Positions 47,929 to 58,205 of a stretch of 64,000 nucleotides of DNA are shown here, piece after piece (position 1 is the stretch's first letter; each line of letters starts with the position of its first letter). The notes under the pieces were generated by a model, which did not search any database, was not told the origin of the DNA, and worked only from the letters and a program-made list of their open reading frames with translations. Both the position numbers and the translations under genes were made by a program. This DNA comes from Candidatus Atabeyarchaeum deiterrae (GTDB lineage Archaea; Asgardarchaeota; Atabeyarchaeia; Atabeyarchaeales; Atabeyarchaeaceae), in assembly GCA_037310415.1 (NCBI GenBank), contig CP147780.1, positions 1,984,001-2,048,000 of the forward strand. The letters are read 5' to 3'.

Positions 47929-50739
47929 ATGAACATTTCTGAATGGAAGACGAGGAGGGAGAAGATCGATCTTCTTCTGAAACGTTCTGGCTGGGATCCA
48001 AAGGATAATAGCAGAGTAATCGAAGAAGTAGACACCAAACAATCAGACTTCAACACAAGAAACTACAAGACTAGATCCCAGACTACCAGAACTAGGGAGG
48101 CGAAAGCCTATGCCGATTATCTTCTCCTTGATTCAATAGGATCCCCGTTGGCCATAGTGGAGGCTAAGAAGTCTTCAAAGGATCCAATACTAGGGCAGAG
48201 ACAAGCAGAGGGCTATGCAGACGATATCAAATCTGGCTCAGGGAAAACCACGTTCATTTTCTTGGCGAACGGTTACGAGGTCTGGTTTTGGAACAGACCA
48301 TATGAGAACCCAAGAATGGTGAGCGGCTTTCACGATAGAGCGTCTTTGGAAAGAATACGGTTCCAAGATCTTACGAAGAAAGACTTTCAGGAAGTTCCAA
48401 TCAAGCCAGAGATAATCGACCGACCCTATCAGATCGAATCAGTAAAACGTGTGCTTGAAGGGATCGAAAGAGGAAAAAGGAAATTCCTTATCGTCCAAGC
48501 GACCGGCACAGGAAAGACCCGTGTTGCGATGGGACTGATTGATGTTTTATTAAGAGCAAACCGTGCTGAAAGAATTCTCTTTCTGGCTGACAGGAAAGCA
48601 CTTCGTGACCAAGCCTACGGCGATCTTGGATTCAAAGCATTTTTCCCAAATGAGTTGAAGACCAAAGTCTTTTCTGCAACAGTGACCAAGGACCCTCGGC
48701 TGTACGCCTCTACGATTCAGACTTTCATGGAGTGCTACCAAGAATTCTCCCCTGGGGACTTTGATGTGATCATCTCGGACGAGGCACATAGATCAATTTA
48801 CAATAAATGGAAGGATGTCTTCACATATTTCGATGCGATCGACGTAGGGCTGACTGCCACACCATCGGAGCTCATCGAGCGGGATACGTTTAGGTTCTTC
48901 GATTGTGAAGACGGAACTCCGACATATCTGTACACTTTCGAGCAAGCCGTGCAGGACGGCTTTCTCGTCGATTTTCGAGTCTACATAGCGCAAACTCACT
49001 TTCAAATAGAGGGAATCAAACCAGAGGATGTGCCAACCGAAGTGAAGCGCAGGCTAATCGAAGACCAAGGAGTGAGCGAAGAGGAACTTGACTTCGAAGG
49101 AACAGACATCGAGAAAAAGGTTGTTATTATCGGCACTAATGAAGCGATTGTCAAAGAGTTCATGGATAATTGCCTGATGGATGAGACTGGTACAATTCCA
49201 GCAAAATCGATCATATTCGCAGTGTCGAAGAGACATGCGAAAAGACTTTGGGAGGCGTTCGAGAAGCTCTACCCACAGTACCGAGGGAGACTCGCACGCA
49301 TTATTGTGTCAGAGGACAGCCGAGCGCAGGAACTAATCAAAGAGTTCAGGAATGACGACTGGCCTCGCGTCGCGATCTCCGTTGACATGTTGGACACTGG
49401 GATAGATGTGCCTGAGATATGTAATCTCGCCTTTGCAAAGCCGGTCTTCTCAAAGATCAAGTTCTGGCAGATGATAGGAAGGGGAACCCGGAACGATGCC
49501 ACCTGCAAAGATGAACATAGGCACTGGTTGCCGAGCCGGAGGAAAGACTATTTCCTCATCTTTGATTTTTGGAATAACTTTGATTGGTTCAACATGCATC
49601 CAGAGGGCAAGGAAGCAAATCCAAGCGAGGCCATTCCATCAAAGATCTTCCTTGCCAGATTGCTGCAATACAACCTTCTCCTTGGCAATAAGGATGAGCG
49701 GACAAAACTACTGAGAGCGAAACTGGTTAATGATGTCAAAGCCCTTCCGCAAGAATCCATTTCTATCAAGGAACATATGCAGGATGTTGAAAAAGCATTA
49801 TCATCACATTTCTGGGATACTGTGGGGCTAGACGCTTTCACGTTCCTCAAAACAAAGATTGCCCCACTGATGAAATACCAAGAAGATATAAACATGAATG
49901 AAGCAGCCTTCACACTGAAAACTGAACAGGTGAGCCTGGCGATTCTAAGGAACGATGAACCAGAGATCGAACGACTACGAGACGATATCGGCGAGTACCT
50001 CAACTGTTTGCCCACAACGATTCGAGAGGTAAAAGAGAAGCAGGATCTAATTGACAAGGCTCTGCAGAAGTCATTCTGGCAAAACATCACTTTTGAAGAT
50101 GTACAAATGCTTTGGAGTGAAATCCTCCCGTTGATGAAATACAAACAGCCCGAACCCAGGCCCATGATCACCCTAGACATTGATGACATGATCCAGCGTA
50201 GGAGCCTGATCGAGTACGGTCCGAAGCCATCACAAGAATATGTCAATACGTACGTACAAAAGGTGGAGAAGAGAATCAAGAGCCTTGCCGAGCAGCACCC
50301 GACTATTCAGAAGATTAAGCGAGATGAGGTAATCACAGAAGATGACCTCAGGTATTTGGAGGGAACATTGAACGGTCCAGAGCTGTATATCACCGAGGAG
50401 GTGCTCCAAAGAGCGTATCAACAGCACAGGGGAACATTGGTCCAATTCATCAAGAAAGTCTTGGGCTCATATGAGTTTCCTGACCCGAAGAAGAGAATCG
50501 AAGACGCATTCAAAACTTTCATGATAGAGAAGAATTACCTAAATGCAGATCAAGTCAATTATCTGAGGACCATCCAGACAGTATTCATGAAGAAGCATCA
50601 CATTGATTATAGGGACGTGTTAGAACCACCATTTACAAACTTTGGCGTCAACTCTCCAATCCCGAGTGACGACCTGACAGAAGTGATAGGCTTATGCCAC
50701 AGCCTGGAGTCAGAGGTGTTTGCAGATGCTAGCTCCTGA
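47929..50739 (+). CDS. hsdR: type I restriction enzyme subunit R
   Basis: ADY..IVEAKK nuclease, ATGTGKT, DEAHRS, GLTATP, MLDTGID, QMIGRGTR. Confidence 0.95.
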   Translation: MNISEWKTRREKIDLLLKRSGWDPKDNSRVIEEVDTKQSDFNTRNYKTRSQTTRTREAKAYADYLLLDSIGSPLAIVEAKKSSKDPILGQRQAEGYADDIKSGSGKTTFIFLANGYEVWFWNRPYENPRMVSGFHDRASLERIRFQDLTKKDFQEVPIKPEIIDRPYQIESVKRVLEGIERGKRKFLIVQATGTGKTRVAMGLIDVLLRANRAERILFLADRKALRDQAYGDLGFKAFFPNELKTKVFSATVTKDPRLYASTIQTFMECYQEFSPGDFDVIISDEAHRSIYNKWKDVFTYFDAIDVGLTATPSELIERDTFRFFDCEDGTPTYLYTFEQAVQDGFLVDFRVYIAQTHFQIEGIKPEDVPTEVKRRLIEDQGVSEEELDFEGTDIEKKVVIIGTNEAIVKEFMDNCLMDETGTIPAKSIIFAVSKRHAKRLWEAFEKLYPQYRGRLARIIVSEDSRAQELIKEFRNDDWPRVAISVDMLDTGIDVPEICNLAFAKPVFSKIKFWQMIGRGTRNDATCKDEHRHWLPSRRKDYFLIFDFWNNFDWFNMHPEGKEANPSEAIPSKIFLARLLQYNLLLGNKDERTKLLRAKLVNDVKALPQESISIKEHMQDVEKALSSHFWDTVGLDAFTFLKTKIAPLMKYQEDINMNEAAFTLKTEQVSLAILRNDEPEIERLRDDIGEYLNCLPTTIREVKEKQDLIDKALQKSFWQNITFEDVQMLWSEILPLMKYKQPEPRPMITLDIDDMIQRRSLIEYGPKPSQEYVNTYVQKVEKRIKSLAEQHPTIQKIKRDEVITEDDLRYLEGTLNGPELYITEEVLQRAYQQHRGTLVQFIKKVLGSYEFPDPKKRIEDAFKTFMIEKNYLNADQVNYLRTIQTVFMKKHHIDYRDVLEPPFTNFGVNSPIPSDDLTEVIGLCHSLESEVFADASS

Positions 50740-52210
50740 ACTGAAGTCACAGATCAACAAACTCTGGGACCGATTCTGGGCAGGCGGAATTGCCAACCCA
50801 CTCACAGCAATAGAACAAATGTCATACTTGATTTTCATGAAGAGACTTGAAGATCTGGACAACGCTGAAGAGAAAAGGGCCATTGCTCGAAGTGAAAAGC
50901 ATACTTCAGTATTCAAGGGTCACGAAGACTGCAGGTGGTCGCACTGGAAGCATTTCAACGCGGAAGCTATGCTGAAGCATGTCCAGGAAATCGTCTTCCC
51001 ATTCATCAAGAGCCTTACCAATGGAGATGATGTTCTCTTCTCGCAATACATGAAAGATGCGGTTTTCGTCATTCCAAAAGCATCCTTGTTGCAGGAAGCC
51101 GTCGCAATCATAGATGATCTGAAGATTACAGAACGTAACAGGGACACTCAAGGAGACATCTATGAGTATCTTCTTAGCGAGTTGAAGACCGCAGGGAAGA
51201 ATGGACAATTCAGAACTCCAAGACACATTATTCGGATGATGGTTGAGCTGGTAGACCCAGACATAGGTCAAACCATTTGTGACCCAGCCTGCGGAACGGC
51301 TGGATTCCTAATAAACGCATACGAGCACATATTGAAGAAGTACACGAGTGAAGACATACTCAAGATGGACGAGGAGGGAGTGGCTCATAATCTTATTGGC
51401 GACAAGATAGTTGAGAAGAGCCACTGGAACCTCCTGAAGAGGGAGACTTTCTATGGATTTGATTTCGACGCCACAATGGTGCGCATAGGGCTCATGAACA
51501 TGATACTTCACGGAATCGAGAGACCAAACATTCGATATGCCGACACGCTCTCAAAGAAATTTGTACAGAAAGCGCAGTACGATATAGTCTTTGCTAATCC
51601 ACCATTCGCTGGCAGCATAGATAAAAATGATATCAACGATGCATTCAGACTTGACACGACGAAGACGGAACTCCTGTTTTTTGAATTATTCCTTAATCTG
51701 CTTCAGGTGGGAGGGCGGGCTGCAATCATCGTTCCGAATGGCGTTTTGTTTGGCTCGTCAAGCGCGCACATCAGAGCCCGAAAGATATTGTTAGAAAACT
51801 GTGAGCTTGAAGCAGTTATCTCTATGCCTTCAGGAGTTTTCCAACCTTATGCTGGCGTCGTCACGGCAGTGTTGGTTTTCGTAAAAGGAGGTAAGACCGA
51901 CAAAGCTTGGTTCTACGAAATGCGTAAAGATGGGTACAGTTTGGACCAGAAGCGAGAGTTCATAGACGGCAAGGGTGACATCCCGGACATTATTCGAAAA
52001 TTCAAAAAGCGAGAAGAATCAAGCCAAAGTATGTCAGTACCATTTGAGAAGATTGAGCAGAATGGTTACAACCTATCGATTTCGAGATATAAGAAGATTG
52101 AAGGAGAGAAGGTCGAGTATGATGACCCCTCTCAATTGATCGACAATGTGTTGGAAATCGAGCATGAAATAGCGAGTGAACTTTCTGCTCTGAAAGAGAT
52201 GATAAAATGA
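50720..52210 (+). CDS. hsdM: type I N6-adenine methyltransferase subunit M
   Basis: GQFRTPRHI, DPACGTAGF, ANPPF. Confidence 0.95.
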   Translation: MQMLAPELKSQINKLWDRFWAGGIANPLTAIEQMSYLIFMKRLEDLDNAEEKRAIARSEKHTSVFKGHEDCRWSHWKHFNAEAMLKHVQEIVFPFIKSLTNGDDVLFSQYMKDAVFVIPKASLLQEAVAIIDDLKITERNRDTQGDIYEYLLSELKTAGKNGQFRTPRHIIRMMVELVDPDIGQTICDPACGTAGFLINAYEHILKKYTSEDILKMDEEGVAHNLIGDKIVEKSHWNLLKRETFYGFDFDATMVRIGLMNMILHGIERPNIRYADTLSKKFVQKAQYDIVFANPPFAGSIDKNDINDAFRLDTTKTELLFFELFLNLLQVGGRAAIIVPNGVLFGSSSAHIRARKILLENCELEAVISMPSGVFQPYAGVVTAVLVFVKGGKTDKAWFYEMRKDGYSLDQKREFIDGKGDIPDIIRKFKKREESSQSMSVPFEKIEQNGYNLSISRYKKIEGEKVEYDDPSQLIDNVLEIEHEIASELSALKEMIK

Positions 52211-53403
52211 GCACACAAGGCGCCTGGAGCGAGTATGCGCTTGAAGATCTGATAGTGGACATTCAGCCAGGCTTTGCTCGAAGACCTTCGTCTGAACCTG
52301 CGAATGTTCCGCAACTTAGAACAAACAACATAAGCCCAGAAGGCAGATTGGATCTGACGAAGTTCAAGTTTGTACCCGCATCAAAGGACGAAATCAAGAA
52401 GTATTCGCTTGTGAAAGGCGATATTCTGTTCAATAATACCAATAGCGATATTTGGGTTGGAAAAACAGCATTTGTCGACCGAGACCTCGAAGCATTGTTC
52501 AGCAATCATCTCACTCGTCTGAGAGTGGACACCTCCAAGGTTAACCCTCACTTCCTGGCAATGCATCTTCAGAAGCTCCAGAAAGATGGATTTTTCAGGT
52601 CAATTTCTACTCGCTGGGTAAACCAAACTGCAGTAAACACGAATGCACTGCTAGAGTTGACAGTAAAGATTCCTTCGTTGGACCATCAGAGAAGAATCGT
52701 TGCGATCTTGGACCGAGCTGACACTCTGAAACGAAAACGTGAACAAGCAAATCACATGACTGACGAGTTCCTCAAAGCTGTTTTCTTGAAGATGTTTGGA
52801 CGCGGGTCACCAGAGAACAGAATTGCCGATGTTGCTGAGTTTGTCTCAAGTGGCGCGACTCCGCTAGGAGGAGAGAAAACATATCTGCCAGAAGGAATCA
52901 CATTCATCCGAAGTCAAAACGTCCTTATGAATAAGCTCCAGCTTAAAGATGCTGCACATATTTCGGAAGACGTTCATAAGGAAATGAGGAGAACCTGGGT
53001 CAAGAACGGGGATGTACTTCTGAATATTACAGGTGCGTCACTAGGTAGGGTTGCTGTCTATGCAGGGGAAGATGACAAAGCCAATGTCAATCAACACGTT
53101 TGTGTAATCAGATTGAACAGATCTAAAGCTGTTCCAGAATATGTCTCTCACTACCTCTCAATGCATGATGCACAGAATGAGATTTGGACGATCCAGGCGG
53201 GGGCGTCAAGGCAGGCTTTGAATTTCGAGCAGGTGAAATCCCTGAAGATATACCTTGCGCCTATCCATGAGCAGAGGACGTTTGCCTCTATTGTCGACAA
53301 GATCAACTCCCTCAAGGAAAGACAACATCAGTCTACCCAAGAGATAGATGAATTGTTCAGTTCTCTAATGCACAAAGCATTCAGAGGCGAGTTGAATGCC
53401 TGA
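52207..53403 (+). CDS. hsdS: type I specificity subunit S
   Basis: Two TRDs with conserved PSLDHQRRIV and APIHEQRTF...AFRGEL helices. Confidence 0.93.
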   Translation: MSTQGAWSEYALEDLIVDIQPGFARRPSSEPANVPQLRTNNISPEGRLDLTKFKFVPASKDEIKKYSLVKGDILFNNTNSDIWVGKTAFVDRDLEALFSNHLTRLRVDTSKVNPHFLAMHLQKLQKDGFFRSISTRWVNQTAVNTNALLELTVKIPSLDHQRRIVAILDRADTLKRKREQANHMTDEFLKAVFLKMFGRGSPENRIADVAEFVSSGATPLGGEKTYLPEGITFIRSQNVLMNKLQLKDAAHISEDVHKEMRRTWVKNGDVLLNITGASLGRVAVYAGEDDKANVNQHVCVIRLNRSKAVPEYVSHYLSMHDAQNEIWTIQAGASRQALNFEQVKSLKIYLAPIHEQRTFASIVDKINSLKERQHQSTQEIDELFSSLMHKAFRGELNA

Positions 53404-54226
53404 CATATATTTCTTGATTCGCCCTCACTGGCAGAGGCTCAACAGAGAAATATGGAACTCACTTGAGAAATCAAAATCTGCGCCTCAAGATATGTACGTC
53501 GAATTGTTACGCTTGGTCTTCCAGCAATTTCATGTCAACCCGAATGTCTCAGCACCACAAATGGCGACTCTGAACGACCCAGATCTAGCTAGATCCGTAT
53601 TCAGAAAGTTCCCTATTCCTCCGGATGAATCTTCATGCATTGAGTTTCTGGAGGGCTTCTACGTCGTATTGAAGGCTTTCGGTCGCAACATATCTGAGAA
53701 GTACCGGTTGAAATTGTCACAATTCCTTGAAGAACACAACTTTCGATATCGGCTTGCCGCTGAATGCAAGATCGAGCTGACGTTGCAAGGATTACTGATG
53801 AGTCAGTTTTCCCATTTGTGCAAGTCTATAGCTAGTAGAAGTGAAAGAATCGAGTGTTTGCGAGAATTGCAGACAAGCCTGACACGTTTGCTGGACACAG
53901 ACGGTGAGAAAACTTGCATCAGGATCGCTAGCAACTTGCTGGAGGGACTGGCAATCGATAGGTCCGGACATAGGGCACGGACACTCGGTCCCGCATTGGA
54001 TAACTGTCCCGATCTCTTTCCGCACAATTCATTGAAAGATTGTGTTAAGAATCTCTATGAGTTTTTTTCTGACTACCCAAATATCAGACATTCAGGAACG
54101 CCGGCCAACAGACTGAGAGACTTGAACAAAGATGATGCACTTCTTATGATCGCTTTGAGCTTGGGTCTCTCATCATTTATGTCGAGCAGCAACGCTACAC
54201 AGCAGATTCTTGGTGGAAATCTATGA
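53396..54226 (+). CDS. hypothetical protein with possible HEPN/Abi-like C-terminus
   Basis: Overlaps hsdS; helical; LYEFFSDYPNIRHSG. Confidence 0.55.
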   Translation: MPDIYFLIRPHWQRLNREIWNSLEKSKSAPQDMYVELLRLVFQQFHVNPNVSAPQMATLNDPDLARSVFRKFPIPPDESSCIEFLEGFYVVLKAFGRNISEKYRLKLSQFLEEHNFRYRLAAECKIELTLQGLLMSQFSHLCKSIASRSERIECLRELQTSLTRLLDTDGEKTCIRIASNLLEGLAIDRSGHRARTLGPALDNCPDLFPHNSLKDCVKNLYEFFSDYPNIRHSGTPANRLRDLNKDDALLMIALSLGLSSFMSSSNATQQILGGNL

Positions 54227-54725
54227 TTAGCCATCCCTGCAACATCGAGGCAGGAATTGGCGACCGAACTCTAGCAAGGCAGGAAGAGCCCTCATCTTCC
54301 TATCTCTATTGGACTCGCTTGGCGCCTTCATCAATGACGAACATGACCTGCATCATGGCACGCTTTCCAGACGTATTGGACTTGCAAACCTGCCAAATAG
54401 GGCGAACCTCTTGAACCTGCAAAGAGGATGTCCCCACTACTATATCTGTACTTCCTCCTTGGGGGAAACTCCATGAGAATATGTTAACAAACATCCCCAG
54501 TAACATCAGGGGAAACCTCCTCCTCACCGAGATCATGCCGATTGGAGAGCTCCGTGAATCGTCCGAGAAGCATCCCAGCCCCTCGCCAGGTCTCTCATTC
54601 ATGCATATTTACATAGCCTCCTGTCTATTTTAATGGTTTCCTGTTAGATTTAATGTGACTCTGATGCGTTCCTATTTATGAAATCACAATGCCAGGAAAA
54701 GGATCACACACATTACCTCCAACAC

Positions 54726-55640
54726 TCATGCCTCTATGCCTCCATCGCCTTCCAACTGTTTGCTTAGAAGTTTCAGTCGGATCAATTCCTCCTCAGTTTC
54801 TCTCATGTCCACATCTTCGTATATCGCAGTTGTCTCCCTGTTCTTATGGTGTAGCAGATTCTGCAAGTCAACAGTTCTGAGTCCTCTGCGTCTCAGCTCA
54901 ACGGCAAAGGTATGCCTCAACTTGTGCGGAGACAACTTCTTGTTTATCTTCGCTCTCTTTGCTGCGTTTTCCACAAGGTACTGTAATCCCCGCCTCGACA
55001 GATCGATTAGTAGATCATTTTGGTCCAAGTTCTCGTCGGCAATATGCCGCTTCACAAGTCTTGGCATATCTTCGCTGACCAATGCAGGAACTATTATGTA
55101 TTGTCTTACGGCTCCTCGCTTGAGCCTGACCCGAACGCGGACTCCTTCGAGATCGATGTCTCTGACCCTCACACCGAGGAGTTCGCCCATCCTCATCCCG
55201 GTCGATACTAAGAGGTTCAAAACAAGCTTGTCCCTCGGAGTCTTTGCTGCTTTTAGTAGTCTGTCCTTTTCCGCTTCAGTAAGATATACTGGGTTCCTGG
55301 GTGGTCTTGACATTCTACCTGCCCTGGGCATGGGGTTTCCAACCATTCTGTCCGTGTCCATCATATACTGGAAGAAGGATGATAAACAAGCTCTCACGGC
55401 TATTATCGACGACCTTTTGTATGCATTCTTATGTGGCCTATCCTGGCTGGGTCTACTGAGAAACTCCAGGAATGCTGCGACGTCTTGCTTTCCGATCTGC
55501 TTGATGTCTTTGTCTGTTCCAAGAAAGCGCCGGAACATCCTCAGGGTATACTCATACTGTCTTGGCGTATGATCAGATGTATCGCTAAGCCTCAGTTGGG
55601 ATAGAAATGCTTGTATTTCCTTCTCCATGGGACCATTCAC
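54726..55640 (-). CDS. xerA: tyrosine recombinase, XerA-like
   Basis: TGMRMGE, PHKLRHTFA, LLHH, TTAIY; N-terminal SAM-like domain; dif-like site directly upstream. Confidence 0.8.
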   Translation of the reverse strand: MNGPMEKEIQAFLSQLRLSDTSDHTPRQYEYTLRMFRRFLGTDKDIKQIGKQDVAAFLEFLSRPSQDRPHKNAYKRSSIIAVRACLSSFFQYMMDTDRMVGNPMPRAGRMSRPPRNPVYLTEAEKDRLLKAAKTPRDKLVLNLLVSTGMRMGELLGVRVRDIDLEGVRVRVRLKRGAVRQYIIVPALVSEDMPRLVKRHIADENLDQNDLLIDLSRRGLQYLVENAAKRAKINKKLSPHKLRHTFAVELRRRGLRTVDLQNLLHHKNRETTAIYEDVDMRETEEELIRLKLLSKQLEGDGGIEA

Positions 55641-55651
55641 CTAGTGATATG

Positions 55652-55679
55652 ATTGCACATAAGATGTATTATGTGCAGT
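55652..55679. other. dif-like site 3, upstream of xerA
   Basis: ATTGCACATAA-GATGTA-TTATGTGCAGT; right arm identical to that of site 1. Confidence 0.85.
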
Positions 55680-55855
55680 ACCTATAAAAAGTCCCCTATT
55701 TTGAGCATTTTCCCCCCTCCCCAAACGGCAAAAAGCAGCACACAGCGAATGTAAAAGCTATAAGAATCCATAGAACCTAGCATTCCAGGTAAATAACGGG
55801 GCCTTGACGGATCCAGCCAAACCATGGATAATTCTCGCGAATGCCTCATTCTCAC

Positions 55856-56242
55856 TCAGATCAGTGAGAGTTCAAGGGCGGGCAAGGCTTCTTTGATTTT
55901 CTTGAAGTCTTCATCCGCCGTTATCAGTCTCAGGTTGTTGACTACACAAGAGGAGGCAATCATTGTGTCAAAATCATTGACCTTCTTTCCACTTTTCATA
56001 AGATCCGCGGCAACCTTGGCCGCAAGGTGAAAATGCTCTTCCACACGCACTATGTTGAGTGATTCTAGGATCCTATCTACGAACTCTTTCTCCTTTTTTC
56101 CGTAGTAGTTGGCTCCTATCAGAAGCTCATAAATGGTGATTGTAGTGGTGTACAACTGATCGTCTTCACCCAGGGTGGTTTCCAGCAACTTCGGTTCACT
56201 CTTAAGCTTCAGAATGGCGGATGTGTCTAGACAGGATCTCAA
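55856..56242 (-). CDS. vapC: VapC PIN-domain toxin
   Basis: LDTSAI, YELL, FDTMIAS, ITADEDF. Confidence 0.9.
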   Translation of the reverse strand: MRSCLDTSAILKLKSEPKLLETTLGEDDQLYTTTITIYELLIGANYYGKKEKEFVDRILESLNIVRVEEHFHLAAKVAADLMKSGKKVNDFDTMIASSCVVNNLRLITADEDFKKIKEALPALELSLI

Positions 56243-56508
56243 TCCATTTCAACCCTCGCTGTGCTTCTCTTTCTTACCTCTTTGCTTATCTCGATAGCCG
56301 AATCGAGAAATCCCTTGCTTACGTCACCGGCGGCTATTGCAGCCCGGAAGTCTCGGACATTGCTCTTCTTCAAGGCCCTCAGTCCCAGTTTTAGAACATC
56401 ATTCAGGGTGTTCCTTCTATACTTCCCGTAGAGTTTCCGATGCTTCTTGAGGATATAATCTGTCAGCTCCTTCCAGATCTCTTCATCCACGTCTACCGTG
56501 ACTCTCAT
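56239..56508 (-). CDS. RHH-type antitoxin
   Basis: MRVTVDVDEEIWKEL; overlaps vapC. Confidence 0.7.
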   Translation of the reverse strand: MRVTVDVDEEIWKELTDYILKKHRKLYGKYRRNTLNDVLKLGLRALKKSNVRDFRAAIAAGDVSKGFLDSAIEISKEVRKRSTARVEMD

Positions 56509-56989
56509 GTAAGAAAATGTGCAACTGCACACTTATAAACTCTGCTCACTCAGTCCTGTAGGGAGGAATATTCAAGCTATCACTCGTTCGTGCGCAACGA
56601 CTGTCTTCATATGCAGGCGACGTGTTCCTTGCCCAGGGATATTGGAGGCATTCCATTCTATCTTCTGTATTACATTGCCCCTGCTTAGTGGCATTTCCAT
56701 TTACCGCATTGTGATACTATTTTTGTTAACTCTTGGTTGGTTTGCATAGAATAAGAGGCTTCTTTAAAGTATAGACAGTTGCTTATCTTAACTGGAGTCT
56801 GGTGCGGGGGAAGGCACATTGTGTTTCTGGGTCTTCGGGAAGAATTCCTAATTATCCGTTTCCTTCGAACTTTAGACTTATATATTCGGGTGGACTCCAC
56901 ACTTGCATGGAGAGGGGCAGACAGAACCGAGAAGTGCCCGCTCTGTTCTGGAATCGAGTTAATGGATACCGATTTGGAGGGGTTTTGAA

Positions 56990-57190
56990 ATGTTGAAACA
57001 AGATACTGAAGATATTTATCGGAGGCTGCACAAGCACCTAGACCAGTTTCCGATCGGTTACCCTTCTACAGCTTCAGGCGTGGAAATACGCCTTCTTAAA
57101 TACTTTATCAAAAGGATTAAGAAAATCCGTCCCAATCGGCGCCCAATGCTCTATGTTTCCCTTTGCCCTCTGAGGGTCATCCATCACTAG
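56990..57190 (+). pseudogene. probable N-terminal remnant of a 4Fe-4S binding protein
   Basis: IYRRLHKHLDQFPIGYPSTASGVEIRLLK resembles the N-terminus of larger ferredoxin-domain proteins; the frame ends early. Confidence 0.5.
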
Positions 57191-57252
57191 AAACAGATCT
57201 TCACCTTTGTCTAGGTATGGCTCGGGCAAGGTTCGTGCCCGCTTGAAGGTTT

Positions 57253-57675
57253 CTAGCGTTCGTCCAACTTGCAGAATGCTGGGAAGTACCATTTCTCTAG
57301 GTCTCCTGGTTCTATGACTCTCTTTGCTATGCCCGTGTGCTCCAGTCTCTCGAGCGCGGTGTCAACTACCTCCTTTGGCAACTTGACTTTCTTGATCAGT
57401 TCTGCGGCTGTGGTTACCCCAGTTGAAGAGACGGAGCTTAGTATCTTGCCCAAGTCTTTTGAGAGCTCTATCGGTTTAACCTCAATGATCTTAATCCCTG
57501 ATGAGAGTTGCTTTGCCCCTCCGATTAGTCCTTTCTCGCAGAGGATGTTGACCGCTTCCTCGATCGAGTCGACCAGTGTTTTTGCCACCCCTTCTCTCTT
57601 CTTCACCTCAAGGCAGAGGTCGGCGAAAGATACTAGTCCACCCTTGTTGCTGGACATCTCGTCCGCTATCTTCAA
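57253..57675 (-). pseudogene. ESCRT-II Vps22/Vps36 (EAP30)-like tandem winged-helix protein, apparently 5'-truncated
   Basis: KLGELVLKIA...GGLVSFADL...PIELSKD...GVTTAAEL...ALERLEHTG...WYFPA; in-frame TAG just upstream. Confidence 0.7.
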
Positions 57676-58205
57676 TACCAGCTCGCCTAGCTTCTAACTC
57701 CAGACGATTTGTCTGGTGTCGTTTGTACTATCGCTTTGTTTATACTGCGAATCTGCCAAACCAACAATCCTAACGATACCAGATAAAGATCAACGCTGAG
57801 ACGAAGACAGTGGAACATTCAGTCTACGCGCTGAGTCTGTCAATCACATCAAGACAATTAAGTTCGCAACACCTGAAGAGACCGATACGCCTGCATCATT
57901 TACGTTAGTGATGAGGTGGCATAGCAAAGGAACAGGAGATGCAAAAGAGGAGACGAACTGGGCACATTTTCTTGTTATTCCAAAGAATTGGAAACTGCGA
58001 CCCGGAATGCAAATTGTGCCCTAGCTGATTGTGGAAAAAGTCCTAAATCGCTGAGGCTATCGATCTGCCCGCGGGATGCCAATATCAAGCGTTCTTTGAC
58101 CTTCTCTAACGCTTGCCCATAAAATCTATGCTCTTTTTCGCCTTCTAGATATGGCAATATGCTGGAGGGAGAAAGGATGGTTGAAGGGTTCTGAGTTACG
58201 TAGTC

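Noticed and set aside
49548-50279. 243-aa minus-strand ORF and the many similar short overlapping ORFs in the track
   Set aside because: Antisense shadows of well-supported genes (here hsdR).
46738-53403. hsdS shufflon driven by the tyrosine recombinase
   Set aside because: No shared inverted DNA repeats were seen between the two hsdS genes, and their conserved regions are diverged.
54736-55572. 278-aa plus-strand ORF
   Set aside because: Antisense shadow of xerA; Ser/Leu-rich with no motifs.
54726-55640. Recombinase as the provirus's own integrase
   Set aside because: It lies about 14.5 kb outside the matched att pair and next to a site with a different spacer. Action in trans fits better, although one composite 25-kb element cannot be fully excluded.
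58150-58205. TnpB guide targeting the provirus or island
   Set aside because: The right end cannot be defined confidently, and only an 11-bp match (near 53937) was noticed, which is compatible with chance.
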